36,391 nt of DNA from NCBI GenBank assembly GCA_034117945.1, contig JAXEOR010000005.1:1-36391 (forward strand), given 5' to 3'. Source of the DNA: Clostridia bacterium (GTDB taxonomy: Bacteria; Bacillota; Clostridia; HGM11514). Below the pieces are notes generated by a model. That model had not been told where the DNA came from, made no database searches, and saw nothing but the letters and a program-made list of their open reading frames with translations. The translations under genes and the position numbers were made by a program. Below, piece by piece: positions 11,316 through 20,902 of this stretch. Position 1 is the stretch's first letter. Each line of letters starts with the position of its first letter.

Positions 11316-14300
11316 ATGAGATATCTTGATGAAAAAGCGGAAAAAACGGTGTGGCAGTTAGAAAAATTAACCGTGAAGGAATGCACTGCTTTAGAAGGGT
11401 TTTACATAAAATTTTGTGACTATAAAAAGGACAATGAAATTCCCGAAGTGGATGAAAGCTGGGAGCCTCTTTCCTCCTTTCTGCCCCTTGAGGGACGGGA
11501 TATGCATTGCTGGATCCGGGGCAGGTTTCAAACCCCGCCGGCTCGCCCGGGAGAATATTACGCTTTGGAATTTGCCCAGGAAAATAAAAATTGCAGAATT
11601 CAGGTGCTGTTGTATTTAAACGGCGAAATGACCCAGGGGCTGGATGTGAATCACACCAGAACCTTTTTGGAGCCGGATACGGAATATGATGCGGCCTTTT
11701 ATTGCTATTTTGACCGTATTTCTCCCTATTCTGCCTTAACTCCCAAACTTGTGACGGTGTGCGAACGGACGGAGGAGCTGTATTTTGACTTTTTTGTGCC
11801 CTATGACGCAATGACCTGCCTGGAAAGGAACTCTGACGATTATCGGATCATCCTTCACCATTTAGAGCTGGCGGCCAATCTGATTGATTTCAGACAGCCC
11901 TATAGGGCGGAGTATTACGAAAGCGTGCAAAGGGCAAAGGATTATTTAAAGCGGGAATTTTATGAAAAGGAATGTGGAAAATCGGGCGTTACCGTGAACT
12001 GTCTGGGACATTCTCATATTGATGTGGCCTGGCGCTGGCCGGTGAGACAAACGGTAGAAAAGGTGCAAAGAAGCTTTTCCACTGTGATTCATTTGATGAA
12101 ACGGTATCCGGAATATTTATTTATGATGACCTCTCCTCAGATGTATCTGTTTTTAAAGGAACAGGCACCCCAGCTGTATCAGCAGGTGAAGGATCGTATC
12201 CGGGAAGGACGGTGGGAGGCAGAGGGTGCCATGTGGCTGGAGGCAGACGGAAATCTGCCCTCCGGGGAAAGCTTTGTCCGCCAGCTGTTGTTCGGAAAGC
12301 GGTTTTTTCAGCAGGAGTTTGGAGTGGACAGCAAAACATTGTGGATTCCGGATGTGTTCGGTTATTCCGCCGCTTTGCCTCAAATTCTGAAAAAAGCGGG
12401 AGTGGATCGGTTTGTGACCGGTAAAATCAGCTGGAACGATACCAATCGGATTCCCAATGACACCTTTTATTGGAAGGGGATCGACGGGACGGAAATTTTC
12501 ACCCAATTTTTAACCACCAAGGATTTTGTCAATCCGGACAAATCCCGGGAGTTTGTGATGATCAACGGCGCTATGGACGCCAGAGAAATTAAAAGCACCT
12601 GGGATATTTACAGAAACAAAGAGTATAATGACCAAACCATTCACACCTTCGGATTTGGCGACGGAGGCGGCGGCCCCACCTATCAGATGCTGGAGCGCCA
12701 GCGGAGATTTGCTTACGGAATTCCCGGAATTCCGAAAACAAAAATGAATACCTTGAGCAATTTTTTAGATCAGGCGGAGGAAAACTTTAAGGCCTCCTGC
12801 AAAACCTATCAGCGCACACCGAAATGGACGGGAGAGCTTTATCTGGAATATCACCGGGGCACCTTTACCTCCATGGCGAAAACAAAGCGTTTGAACCGGC
12901 AATGCGAGTTTGCTTTGATGGAAGCAGAGGGACTTTGCGCCTTGGATTTGGCTGTGAATCATCAGGCATATCCCTATCAGGAGTTTTGCGATATGTGGCA
13001 GCTGATGCTGCTCAATCAATTTCATGACATCATTCCGGGCAGCTCCATCAAAGAGGTGTATGATCTTTCAGACAAACAGTATGAATCCGTTTCTGCATTT
13101 TGTCACAAAACAGCCCGGCAGGCAAGAGAGCATTTTGCAAATAAGATTCAGTGCGGCAAGGGGTATCTGGTGTTTAATCCTCATTCCTATGAATGCTCGG
13201 ATGTTGTGGCAGCAGAGGGCAGCTTTGCTTATGCTCCCGCTGTTCCTTCCTTCGGCTACAAGGCATTTGACAGCCTGAGCTTTGAAAATCATGCCCAAAT
13301 AGGGGAGCGGTCTGTTTCTAACCGGTTTTTTGATATTCGTCTGGACGAACAGGGAAATATCGTGTCCTTGTTTGATAAAAGAAACGGTCGGGAAACTGTG
13401 TCGGGGCCGGCAAACAAATTTTGCGCTTATGAGGATATGCCTCGGTTTTATGACGCTTGGGAGCTGACCTATTATTACAAGCAAAAATGCTATGAAGTGG
13501 ATGAGTTGGTCAGCATTTCGGAATATCGGGACGGGGCAAAGGCAGGACTTACCGTTGTTAAGAAATTTATGGATTCTATCATGACCCAAAATATTGTGGT
13601 GTATGACGAAATCCCCAGAGTGGATTTTGAAACGGAGATTGACTGGAAGCAGGAGCATTTGGTGCTGAAAACCTTGTTCCCGGTCAACGTGTTTACCAAT
13701 CAGGTTACGGCGGAAATTCAATTCGGTCATGTGGAGCGGGCGACCCATTCTAACACCAGCTGGGATGAGGCCAGATTTGAGATGTGCATGCACAAGTGGG
13801 TGGATTTTTCTGATCAAGCTTATGGGGTCAGTATGCTCAATGACTGCAAATACGGGTTCTCTGCACAGGAAACCCTGCTGGGACTGACCATTCTGAAATC
13901 AGCCACCGATCCCAATCCTGAGGCGGATAAGGGGATTCATCATTTGACCTATTCCTGGTATCCTCATCAGGGACATGGGGTTGCGGGCGGCACCGTTCAG
14001 CAGGCTTATAACTTAAATCAAAAAATGACGGCAGTGAAAACGGAAGGGTCGGAGGGTGCTTTGCCCGCCCAAGCCTCCTTTGTCAGCTGCGATCGGGAGA
14101 ATATTATTTTAGAAACACTGAAAAGAAGCGAGGATGGCACGGGGCTGATTCTCAGACTGTATGATGCGTACAACACCTCCAGTGCGCCTGTGATCTTCTT
14201 TGGGTTTGATGTGAAGCGGTGCTGGCTGTGCGATCTGAATGAGCACAAGCAAACTGAGGCAGAGGTGAAAAACAGATCTGTCTGCATTCCGGTTCAGAAT

Positions 14301-14333
14301 TTTGAAATTGTAACGCTGCTGCTTGAGGTATGA
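11316..14333 (+). CDS. Glycoside hydrolase family 38 alpha-mannosidase
   Basis: GH38 N-domain signature GHSHIDVAWRWP. Also LWIPDVFGYS and LYLEYHRGTFTS. About 1005 aa. Confidence 0.92.
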   Translation: MRYLDEKAEKTVWQLEKLTVKECTALEGFYIKFCDYKKDNEIPEVDESWEPLSSFLPLEGRDMHCWIRGRFQTPPARPGEYYALEFAQENKNCRIQVLLYLNGEMTQGLDVNHTRTFLEPDTEYDAAFYCYFDRISPYSALTPKLVTVCERTEELYFDFFVPYDAMTCLERNSDDYRIILHHLELAANLIDFRQPYRAEYYESVQRAKDYLKREFYEKECGKSGVTVNCLGHSHIDVAWRWPVRQTVEKVQRSFSTVIHLMKRYPEYLFMMTSPQMYLFLKEQAPQLYQQVKDRIREGRWEAEGAMWLEADGNLPSGESFVRQLLFGKRFFQQEFGVDSKTLWIPDVFGYSAALPQILKKAGVDRFVTGKISWNDTNRIPNDTFYWKGIDGTEIFTQFLTTKDFVNPDKSREFVMINGAMDAREIKSTWDIYRNKEYNDQTIHTFGFGDGGGGPTYQMLERQRRFAYGIPGIPKTKMNTLSNFLDQAEENFKASCKTYQRTPKWTGELYLEYHRGTFTSMAKTKRLNRQCEFALMEAEGLCALDLAVNHQAYPYQEFCDMWQLMLLNQFHDIIPGSSIKEVYDLSDKQYESVSAFCHKTARQAREHFANKIQCGKGYLVFNPHSYECSDVVAAEGSFAYAPAVPSFGYKAFDSLSFENHAQIGERSVSNRFFDIRLDEQGNIVSLFDKRNGRETVSGPANKFCAYEDMPRFYDAWELTYYYKQKCYEVDELVSISEYRDGAKAGLTVVKKFMDSIMTQNIVVYDEIPRVDFETEIDWKQEHLVLKTLFPVNVFTNQVTAEIQFGHVERATHSNTSWDEARFEMCMHKWVDFSDQAYGVSMLNDCKYGFSAQETLLGLTILKSATDPNPEADKGIHHLTYSWYPHQGHGVAGGTVQQAYNLNQKMTAVKTEGSEGALPAQASFVSCDRENIILETLKRSEDGTGLILRLYDAYNTSSAPVIFFGFDVKRCWLCDLNEHKQTEAEVKNRSVCIPVQNFEIVTLLLEV

Positions 14334-14407
14334 AGCGATATCAAAAGATCTTTGACAGCTGATGAACAGAGCGATCTGATGATTATTTGTGGGAAGAAGG
14401 ACGATGG

Positions 14408-15670
14408 ATGATGATATGGGAGCGAATCAAAAGAATGGTGCTGCCAGAGGTGAAATTTCAGCCTGCTTTTGTGGGATTTTTGTATTTGTTTGCCTGCTTT
14501 CAAGGCGCCCTTCATTTGTCCAGTGTTTTTATTAATTTGTTTTTGATGAGCGGTCAGGGCGACAGCATGGTCAGCGTTTGCCTTTATAATGGACTGAATT
14601 TTTTGTTTACGCCCATAGGGTTTTTCATCAGCGGCATCCTGAGCAAAAAAACCAATATGGCACTGCAAATCAGAATCAGCATGATTTCCTTAAGCTGCAT
14701 TTATTTGCTGCTGATTCTGTTAGGGGAGCGGGCGGTGGCTTTCAGCGCTTTGCTGGGAATGCTCAACGGCTTTGCGGCGGGCTTTTATTATCTGGCGCAC
14801 ATTTCCTTAATCAATCAGTTAAACGACCGGTACACCGTGGACGCAGGCTTGAATTCCACCAGCCTAATTGCTGCTGTGGAGGGGATTACCCTGCCGATGG
14901 TTGCGGGGACGGTGATCCATCAGATTCCGGGGATTCGGGGATATTTGCTGGTATTTACCGGCTCGCTGATGCTGATGCTGGGTGCCTTTGCATTCAGCTT
15001 TCGCTTGCCCGGCGGCCGTAACAGTCAGCCTTATCGGCTGGGGCCGGTGTTTCGGATGTACCGTCATCAGAAATGCTGGCGGAGAATGGCGGCTTTGGAT
15101 TTTCTGCGGGGCACCAGAGAGGGCGGCCTGGCTTTTTTAATCAGTATTTTGCTGTTTATCAGCGTGCGGAATGAGCTGTTTATCAGTGTCAATTCCACTA
15201 TGTGTTCCCTGACCAGCATTTTGCTGTTTGGCTTTGTTCTTAAGCGGATTATGGCGGATAACCGCCTGACCTATTACCATTATGCAGCTTTGGGAGGACT
15301 GGTTGGATCCTGTTTGCTGTTTGCAAACCAGGGGCCGGTAATTTTGTTTTTGTTCAGCCTGTTGAATACGGTAGCGGTGAATTTGACGGGGAATACCTCC
15401 ACCGCTCTGGAATATGAGGCGATCAACCAGTGGGACGAGGTGTCGGATTATCGCCAGGAGGCATTGGCCGTTCGGGAAAGCTTTGTGAATGCAGGGCGGG
15501 TGGTGTCTGTTTCGGTTTTAATTATACTGGAAGTGCACGGGGTTTGGAATTCCTTCACCGTGGCCTGCTATATTACGGCTATTTATTTGATTCAATACTT
15601 GCTCTTCTTTTTGCTTCGCAAAATTCAAAGTGAAGTCAACCGGCTGGAAAAAGAACGGATGGGGGTATAA
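14408..15670 (+). CDS. MFS-like polytopic membrane transporter (possibly a glycoside permease)
   Basis: Roughly 12 hydrophobic segments. It lies directly downstream of GH38. The start is uncertain (ATG 14408/14411 after GAAGGA; the ORF track uses TTG 14387). Confidence 0.65.
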   Translation: MMIWERIKRMVLPEVKFQPAFVGFLYLFACFQGALHLSSVFINLFLMSGQGDSMVSVCLYNGLNFLFTPIGFFISGILSKKTNMALQIRISMISLSCIYLLLILLGERAVAFSALLGMLNGFAAGFYYLAHISLINQLNDRYTVDAGLNSTSLIAAVEGITLPMVAGTVIHQIPGIRGYLLVFTGSLMLMLGAFAFSFRLPGGRNSQPYRLGPVFRMYRHQKCWRRMAALDFLRGTREGGLAFLISILLFISVRNELFISVNSTMCSLTSILLFGFVLKRIMADNRLTYYHYAALGGLVGSCLLFANQGPVILFLFSLLNTVAVNLTGNTSTALEYEAINQWDEVSDYRQEALAVRESFVNAGRVVSVSVLIILEVHGVWNSFTVACYITAIYLIQYLLFFLLRKIQSEVNRLEKERMGV

Positions 15671-15717
15671 TTACTGCTCTTTTCCTTCATACTATCCTTA
15701 GAAAAAGGAGGGATGGT

Positions 15718-16368
15718 ATGGAAGGACAGGAGGATCAGAAAAAGCCTTCGGCGCTGGAGGCGGGAGGGATTCATTGCCTGAATATTATCGGGCAGATTGA
15801 AGGGCACATGACCCTTCCGGCGCAGAACAAAACCACAAAATATGAACAGGTGATCCCCCGGCTGGTTGAGCTGGAGCAGGACGAAGGCTGCCGGGGGCTG
15901 TTGATGATTTTAAATACGGTAGGGGGAGATGTGGAGGCCGGGCTGGCCATTGCGGAGATGATCGCCAGCATGAAAACCCCTACGGTATCCCTGGTGCTGG
16001 GCGGCGGGCACAGCATCGGTGTGCCATTGGCGGTTTCGGCGGATTGTTCCTTTATTGCCCCCTCTGCCACCATGGCGGTGCACCCCATCCGGATGAGCGG
16101 TGTGGTCATCGGGGTCACTCAGACCTTTGAGTATTTTGACAAAATGCAGGAGCGGGTGGTGGCCTTTGTCTGCCGGAATTCTAACATTCAGGAGCAAACC
16201 TTTCGGTCGCTGATGCTGGAGACGGGAGAGATTGCCAACGATGTGGGAACGGTTTTGTTTGGTGCAGACGCAGTCAAATACGGTTTGATTGACCATGTAG
16301 GCGGGATCAGCGACGCCATGGATGAACTAAAAAAAAGAATGAGGCAATCGGAACGAGAGGATCCATAA
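15718..16368 (+). CDS. tepA: ClpP-fold protein of the TepA (translocation-enhancing protein) type
   Basis: Motifs NIIGQIEGH...TKYEQVIP...[22 protein letters not shown]...[10 protein letters not shown]. Confidence 0.8.
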   Translation: MEGQEDQKKPSALEAGGIHCLNIIGQIEGHMTLPAQNKTTKYEQVIPRLVELEQDEGCRGLLMILNTVGGDVEAGLAIAEMIASMKTPTVSLVLGGGHSIGVPLAVSADCSFIAPSATMAVHPIRMSGVVIGVTQTFEYFDKMQERVVAFVCRNSNIQEQTFRSLMLETGEIANDVGTVLFGADAVKYGLIDHVGGISDAMDELKKRMRQSEREDP

Positions 16369-16371
16369 CAT

Positions 16372-16427
16372 AAAAAGGGACTGTAGGCAGTTCGATATGA
16401 TCAATCGGCTTGCTTACAGCCCCTTTT
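16372..16427. terminator. Bidirectional terminator-like hairpin after tepA
   Basis: aaaaaGGGACTGTAGGC-23 nt-GCTTACAGCCCCtttt. 11 of 12 positions pair, one of them G-T. Confidence 0.55.
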
Positions 16428-16564
16428 CGTATTGCATTTGCAAGAGTGCTTCGGCAATTTTCAACATCTTTTTTGAGAAAAAAACCAGACGGTGAGCTTA
16501 CGCAAATTGTACCCAAAAGCCTTAGTTGATAAATTCTGATCGGCGAACCCTTTGATTACAAAGC

Positions 16565-19500
16565 TCAATCCCGGTTGATGTTACATTCAATGACGCTTTG
16601 AATCTCTTTTTTGATATTAAACTGATGGGTATCGGATAATTTCTCTGTTTGCGTGCAGAACTGCATTCTTGAAAGCGCAAGTGCGTTTTCCTCCTCCGGG
16701 CAGATGCCAAAAACAAATCTGAAGCTGTGGGGTCTTAATTCATAGCATTCCTCAGGATTGGGGCCGCAGGAATGACTGCCTAGTCCGCGCATTTTGTAAT
16801 CAATATACAGGTATTTGTTTTTGGATTTTTTAAGCTCATTTCTGTGCCTTGCGTTTTCCAGATCCTTTAGCGTAAAATCATGACAGGAAAAGTCAAGCCG
16901 ATCTGCACCGATAATGGAAAAGGATTTGTTTTCGGCAAGGAGTGTTGCAAAAAATGTTTCTGTTCTTGTTCCGCATTCCTGGGGAATATCATACATGAAA
17001 TTCATTTCTGTGATAGGCAGCTCATAAAGTCCGAAATTGCAATGCTCCTTTCTGTCAATATAATTTTCCTCAGGACCTCTTCCGTACCACCGAACAGTGC
17101 TATAATTCTCCGGTATTTCAAAGCATACGCCGATTCTGGGCAACACCTCCGGAAGGGCACCGAAGGGTTCGCCTACATATTCAACAAGAATCAATCCGTC
17201 CTCATAAACCCGGTAAATCAAGCTGATGTTAAATCCGGCAAACCGCGCTTCCGGGAATGCCTTTCCGTTCACTGTAATCTTGATGCAGTCCTCCTCTTCG
17301 TCTGCATTGACCGACTGAGCAAAAAATTTAAAATGTTTGAGAAAAACAGCATCCCATTTATCAATCCATCTCGGCGCAAAGCCGATGATACCGTCGTTAT
17401 CAATAGGCGCACGGTAAAAATTCAGCTTCATGGGAGAGCAAAGCAGAACGCTGCCCTTGTACTCATAATAGGAAATCAGCCCTTTTTGAAAGGATACTTT
17501 AAAATGTTCCCCATCCAAGGTAAGATTTTTTCCTTCCGAGGTGAGCGTTACACATGGTTTTTTGGCGGCATATATGGTTTTTTCATTGCGCCCGAGCGAA
17601 ACCTGCTTATAGGCAATTTCAAATCTGCGGTCGTCATAAAACCGTAGATTAACAAAATAGTTTGCTCCCGGTGTTTTACCGGGAATATCGGTATCAATGG
17701 GAAGCGCCTGCTCTGAATATGGCTTGATTGCAGGCAGCTGCATTTCTCCGCTCTTTAATACTTGAAAATCCTCGCAAATTTCCCATTTCAGAGAAACATA
17801 ATCAAGGGGGCGGAAATTGTTTGTATTCATGATCTTGATTGTATTATTCTCGTAGGTTACATAACATGGAGATAAAACATTTTTACATTCCCTCAACGAG
17901 GGCTTGGGTGTTCCGTCCGAAAGACAATATCCGTCTATGGAGAAATTTGACCAATGATTATAGTCGCCGAAATCACCGCCGTATTTGTAAAATGCATTAC
18001 CGTCAGCATCGCAGCTGTAAAATCCATGGCTTTTATATTCCCAAACATATCCTCCTGTAATATGACGGTTGTGATAAACATAATCCCAGGTATCCTTCAT
18101 CAGCCCGGGACTGTTCCCCATTGCATGACCATACTCTGTCAGAATCACAGGCTTTCCCTGTTCCGGATAACTCAGCAGTGATTCCATTGTAAAATATCCG
18201 TCGGTGCGAAAATCATTCATGATGGGATTTTTGGAATCATCCATTGTGTGAAAAACAGGAACATTCCCCAACCTTCTCTTGATATAACGGATGCATTCAT
18301 CAATATTTTCACCGCAGCCATGCTCGTTTCCGATCGACCAGATGATAACGCAGGTTTCATTTTTGTCTCGTTCTACCATCCTTTCGGTGCGGTTTAAATA
18401 GGCTCCCAGCCATTCCGGCTGTTTGGAAAGGTAGCCCTGATCGCCTGTTGTATTGCATCCGTGGGTTTCAATATCTCCCTCATTCATAACATAAAATCCC
18501 AGCTCGGAAGCAATTTCATAAAATGCCGGATGATTGGGATAATGAGAGCATCTGATGGCATTCATATTGTGATTTTTTAAATTTTTCAACTCATTTTCTA
18601 TGAGTTCAACAGTGATTGCTCTGCCGTTTTTGGGATCATATTCATGACGGCAGACTCCCTTAAGAGTAATGGGTGTGCCGTTTACAAACAGCTTGTTTCC
18701 CTCAATGTGTTTTTCAATCAAGCCGATTTTTTTTGAATGAATTTCTATGGGCACTCCGTTCCTTTCAAGGGTCAGATAGGTGTGATACAAAAAGGGTTCT
18801 TCGGCATTCCATTTGACCGCATGATCCACCTCAAATTCAAAATGCATATTTTTTTCTGCTTGTTTTTCAATGGTTTGCCCGTCCGCCTCTGCTCTTACGA
18901 TGCAATGAGTCATATCTTCACCGCCAAGAACAACCTCCATCAGAATTTTATTTCCCTGCGTGTGAATATGATAATCAAAAATATAATTATCTGAAAGCTG
19001 AAAAATCATAACATCTCTGAAAATGCCGTTTGCAAGAAGCATATCCTGATTTTCAAGATAGGTTGCGTCACTGTAGGTAAACACCTTTACGCACAAAATA
19101 TTCTCTCCGTCCACAGCCATATCCGAAACATCAAATTCTGCCGGAAGTCTGCTGCCCTTTGAAAAGCCGACGTATTTTCCGTTTAGATAAACAAAAAATG
19201 CATTGTCTACTCCCCCGAAATAAAGAATGGTTCTTTCTGTCTTTTGTAAATAAAATTTTTTTCTGTAGTATCCCACAGGGTTATCACAGGCGACAAAGGG
19301 CGGATAAAAGGGAATAGGATAGACTACATTGGGATAAGCAGGCTGAGAATAGCCCCTGTATTGCCACATGGAAGGCACATCTATCACATCCCAATCGCCA
19401 TCGTCTAAATCAGGCAGATAGAAATTTTCTATGCAGTCATCCTCTTTGTACAAAAATTTAAAATCTCCGTTCAGCAGACGGATCAGCTCAGAGTCGGATT

Positions 19501-19618
19501 TATTCCTATAATATACATCCTTATGCAAAGCCGGAACTAAAGAGGCTCTTGGCTTCATGCAGCCCTCCTGTAAATAAGCCGGGCTGTTAATTTTCTCTTG
19601 ATACATTTGTAATTCCAT
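16565..19618 (-). CDS. lacZ: GH2 beta-galactosidase (LacZ type, with C-terminal small-chain domain)
   Basis: Acid/base region WSIGNEHG and nucleophile region ILTEYGHAMGN. The C-terminal domain carries RWYGRGPEENYIDR. About 1017 aa, AT-rich. Confidence 0.95.
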   Translation of the reverse strand: MELQMYQEKINSPAYLQEGCMKPRASLVPALHKDVYYRNKSDSELIRLLNGDFKFLYKEDDCIENFYLPDLDDGDWDVIDVPSMWQYRGYSQPAYPNVVYPIPFYPPFVACDNPVGYYRKKFYLQKTERTILYFGGVDNAFFVYLNGKYVGFSKGSRLPAEFDVSDMAVDGENILCVKVFTYSDATYLENQDMLLANGIFRDVMIFQLSDNYIFDYHIHTQGNKILMEVVLGGEDMTHCIVRAEADGQTIEKQAEKNMHFEFEVDHAVKWNAEEPFLYHTYLTLERNGVPIEIHSKKIGLIEKHIEGNKLFVNGTPITLKGVCRHEYDPKNGRAITVELIENELKNLKNHNMNAIRCSHYPNHPAFYEIASELGFYVMNEGDIETHGCNTTGDQGYLSKQPEWLGAYLNRTERMVERDKNETCVIIWSIGNEHGCGENIDECIRYIKRRLGNVPVFHTMDDSKNPIMNDFRTDGYFTMESLLSYPEQGKPVILTEYGHAMGNSPGLMKDTWDYVYHNRHITGGYVWEYKSHGFYSCDADGNAFYKYGGDFGDYNHWSNFSIDGYCLSDGTPKPSLRECKNVLSPCYVTYENNTIKIMNTNNFRPLDYVSLKWEICEDFQVLKSGEMQLPAIKPYSEQALPIDTDIPGKTPGANYFVNLRFYDDRRFEIAYKQVSLGRNEKTIYAAKKPCVTLTSEGKNLTLDGEHFKVSFQKGLISYYEYKGSVLLCSPMKLNFYRAPIDNDGIIGFAPRWIDKWDAVFLKHFKFFAQSVNADEEEDCIKITVNGKAFPEARFAGFNISLIYRVYEDGLILVEYVGEPFGALPEVLPRIGVCFEIPENYSTVRWYGRGPEENYIDRKEHCNFGLYELPITEMNFMYDIPQECGTRTETFFATLLAENKSFSIIGADRLDFSCHDFTLKDLENARHRNELKKSKNKYLYIDYKMRGLGSHSCGPNPEECYELRPHSFRFVFGICPEEENALALSRMQFCTQTEKLSDTHQFNIKKEIQSVIECNINRD

Positions 19619-19674
19619 AATGTAAAAATCTCCATTCCGCCGCCCTGCGCCGGCATAGGTAATAAAAAAGTTTT

Positions 19675-19705
19675 CTCTTATCCGCAGGGCAAGGAATGAT
19701 AAGAG
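19675..19705 (-). promoter_or_regulatory. Terminator-like hairpin inside the GH2 5' leader
   Basis: CTCTTATC-15 nt-GATAAGAG, followed on the minus strand by AAAACTTTTTTATT and on the plus strand by ATTTTTT. It lies about 60 nt upstream of the lacZ start. Confidence 0.4.
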
Positions 19706-19869
19706 ATTTTTTGCCCAAGTGCGTTTCCGACCAAATGGTCGGAAAAATTCGCACGGGCAGTGAATTCCGCCGGAGTCATGACGTGAGAATCACGGCGACT
19801 TCCATTCTAGCGGAGGAAATAAGAAAAAAACTTTCACGTTACCACCTTCTTTTTTGTGTTGATACCTTG

Positions 19870-19878
19870 ATTGTAGCA
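19870..19878 (-). promoter_or_regulatory. Candidate extended -10 (TGcTACAAT) promoter for lacZ
   Basis: The minus strand reads gTGcTACAAT. This implies a leader of roughly 245 nt. Confidence 0.35.
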
Positions 19879-19898
19879 CAAATAAATGAAAATTAGTA

Positions 19899-19928
19899 TT
19901 GCAAAATGATACTGTTATATGGTAAAAT
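19899..19928 (+). promoter_or_regulatory. Candidate promoter of the AraC gene at 20010
   Basis: TTGCAA, an 18-nt spacer, then TAAAAT. Confidence 0.45.
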
Positions 19929-19934
19929 GATACT
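19903..19934 (+). repeat. Two exact 11-nt direct repeats AAAATGATACT with a 21-nt period
   Basis: Copies at 19903..19913 and 19924..19934, in the lacZ/AraC divergent control region. Confidence 0.6.
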
Positions 19935-20009
19935 ACACTATAGCGTGATGATCCTTTAGGCGTGATTTTATGGTTTTTTATGTGCTTTGTGGGCAGGAGG
20001 TCTTTTGAA

Positions 20010-20783
20010 ATGAATATGAACAATTTATCTGTTATGCGCATTATGCAGGAAAGTTGCAGCAAAAGTAAAGAGAAAACAGATATTATCATGCCCTACACCG
20101 CCCTTCATTACATCCTATCGGGATCCGGCTATTTCAATCGGGTAAAGCTTGGAGCAGGGCAGTTTTTCTGCGCCGTGAAGGATACAAAGGTGTGCTATTT
20201 CCCCTGCTATGAGGAGCCTTGGACCTATATTTATATTGATTTTTATAGCGAAAAAAGTAAAATGGACTCTCCTCTGAAATGGGGACTTGATGTTAACGCC
20301 CCCTACGGACAATTTGATTTTATGGAGGAGCTGAAAAAAATTTATGGCTTCTATGAGGAATATAGTCGGCATTATATATGTAATAATGAATTTATGACAT
20401 CGGTGGCAAGTATGATCCTTTTTCTGCACAAAACCCCGGCACAAAGGGACAGTTCTCTGGCACACAAGCATGTCAATGATATCAAAGAGTATTTAGATTT
20501 TAATTTCTACAAAAAAATCAGGATCGAGGATCTTGCAAAGGAATTCTATCTTTCTCGCCAATATGTACGCAATCTATTTGATCAGTATTTGAACATGTCC
20601 CCAAAGCAATATCTTCAAAAAGTAAGAATGGAGAAGGCCTCTGAATTGCTTTTGAATACGCAATATAGTGTGGCTCTTGTAGCCTATTCGATCGGGTATG
20701 ATGATCAGCTCGCCTTTTCTAAAATGTTTCAATCCTATTATGGATTGTCCCCGACACAGTATCGAAAGGCAAATGCAATATAG
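20010..20783 (+). CDS. AraC-family transcriptional regulator
   Basis: C-terminal HTH LSRQYVRNLFDQYLNMSPKQYLQKVRMEKASELL...VAYSIGYDDQLAFSKMFQSYYGLSPTQYR. Start is ATG 20010 after AGGAGG. Confidence 0.9.
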   Translation: MNMNNLSVMRIMQESCSKSKEKTDIIMPYTALHYILSGSGYFNRVKLGAGQFFCAVKDTKVCYFPCYEEPWTYIYIDFYSEKSKMDSPLKWGLDVNAPYGQFDFMEELKKIYGFYEEYSRHYICNNEFMTSVASMILFLHKTPAQRDSSLAHKHVNDIKEYLDFNFYKKIRIEDLAKEFYLSRQYVRNLFDQYLNMSPKQYLQKVRMEKASELLLNTQYSVALVAYSIGYDDQLAFSKMFQSYYGLSPTQYRKANAI

Positions 20784-20820
20784 GATGCTTTATTTTTAAT
20801 GATCGGAAAAATGGTTTCAG

Positions 20821-20862
20821 AAAAAATGACCCCCTCAAATATCAGGTTTTTGAGCGGGTCAT
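20821..20862 (-). terminator. Rho-independent terminator of the second GRE operon
   Basis: ATGACCCCCTCAAA-9 nt-TTTGAGCGGGTCAT pairs at 13 of 14 positions. It is followed on the minus strand by TTTTTTCTG. Confidence 0.7.
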
Positions 20863-20902
20863 TCTATGACAGGACAGGCACCCTTAATGACGAAGCCTGT
20901 GG

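Noticed and set aside
16880-17647. 255-aa plus-strand ORF inside lacZ, and short ORFs inside both GREs and the GH3 gene (for example 2708..3025, 21653..22183, 34506..34913)
   Set aside because: They lie antisense to genes with clear family motifs. Their translations are compositionally odd and no start signals are present.
19981-20009. Possible fourth copy of the hairpin element (TTGTGGGCAGGAGGTC before the AraC start at 20010)
   Set aside because: It resembles only the 3' block (about 13 of 16 positions). No upstream GCCCAC(GG) partner is present. The match is most simply a GGAGG Shine-Dalgarno in a similar context.
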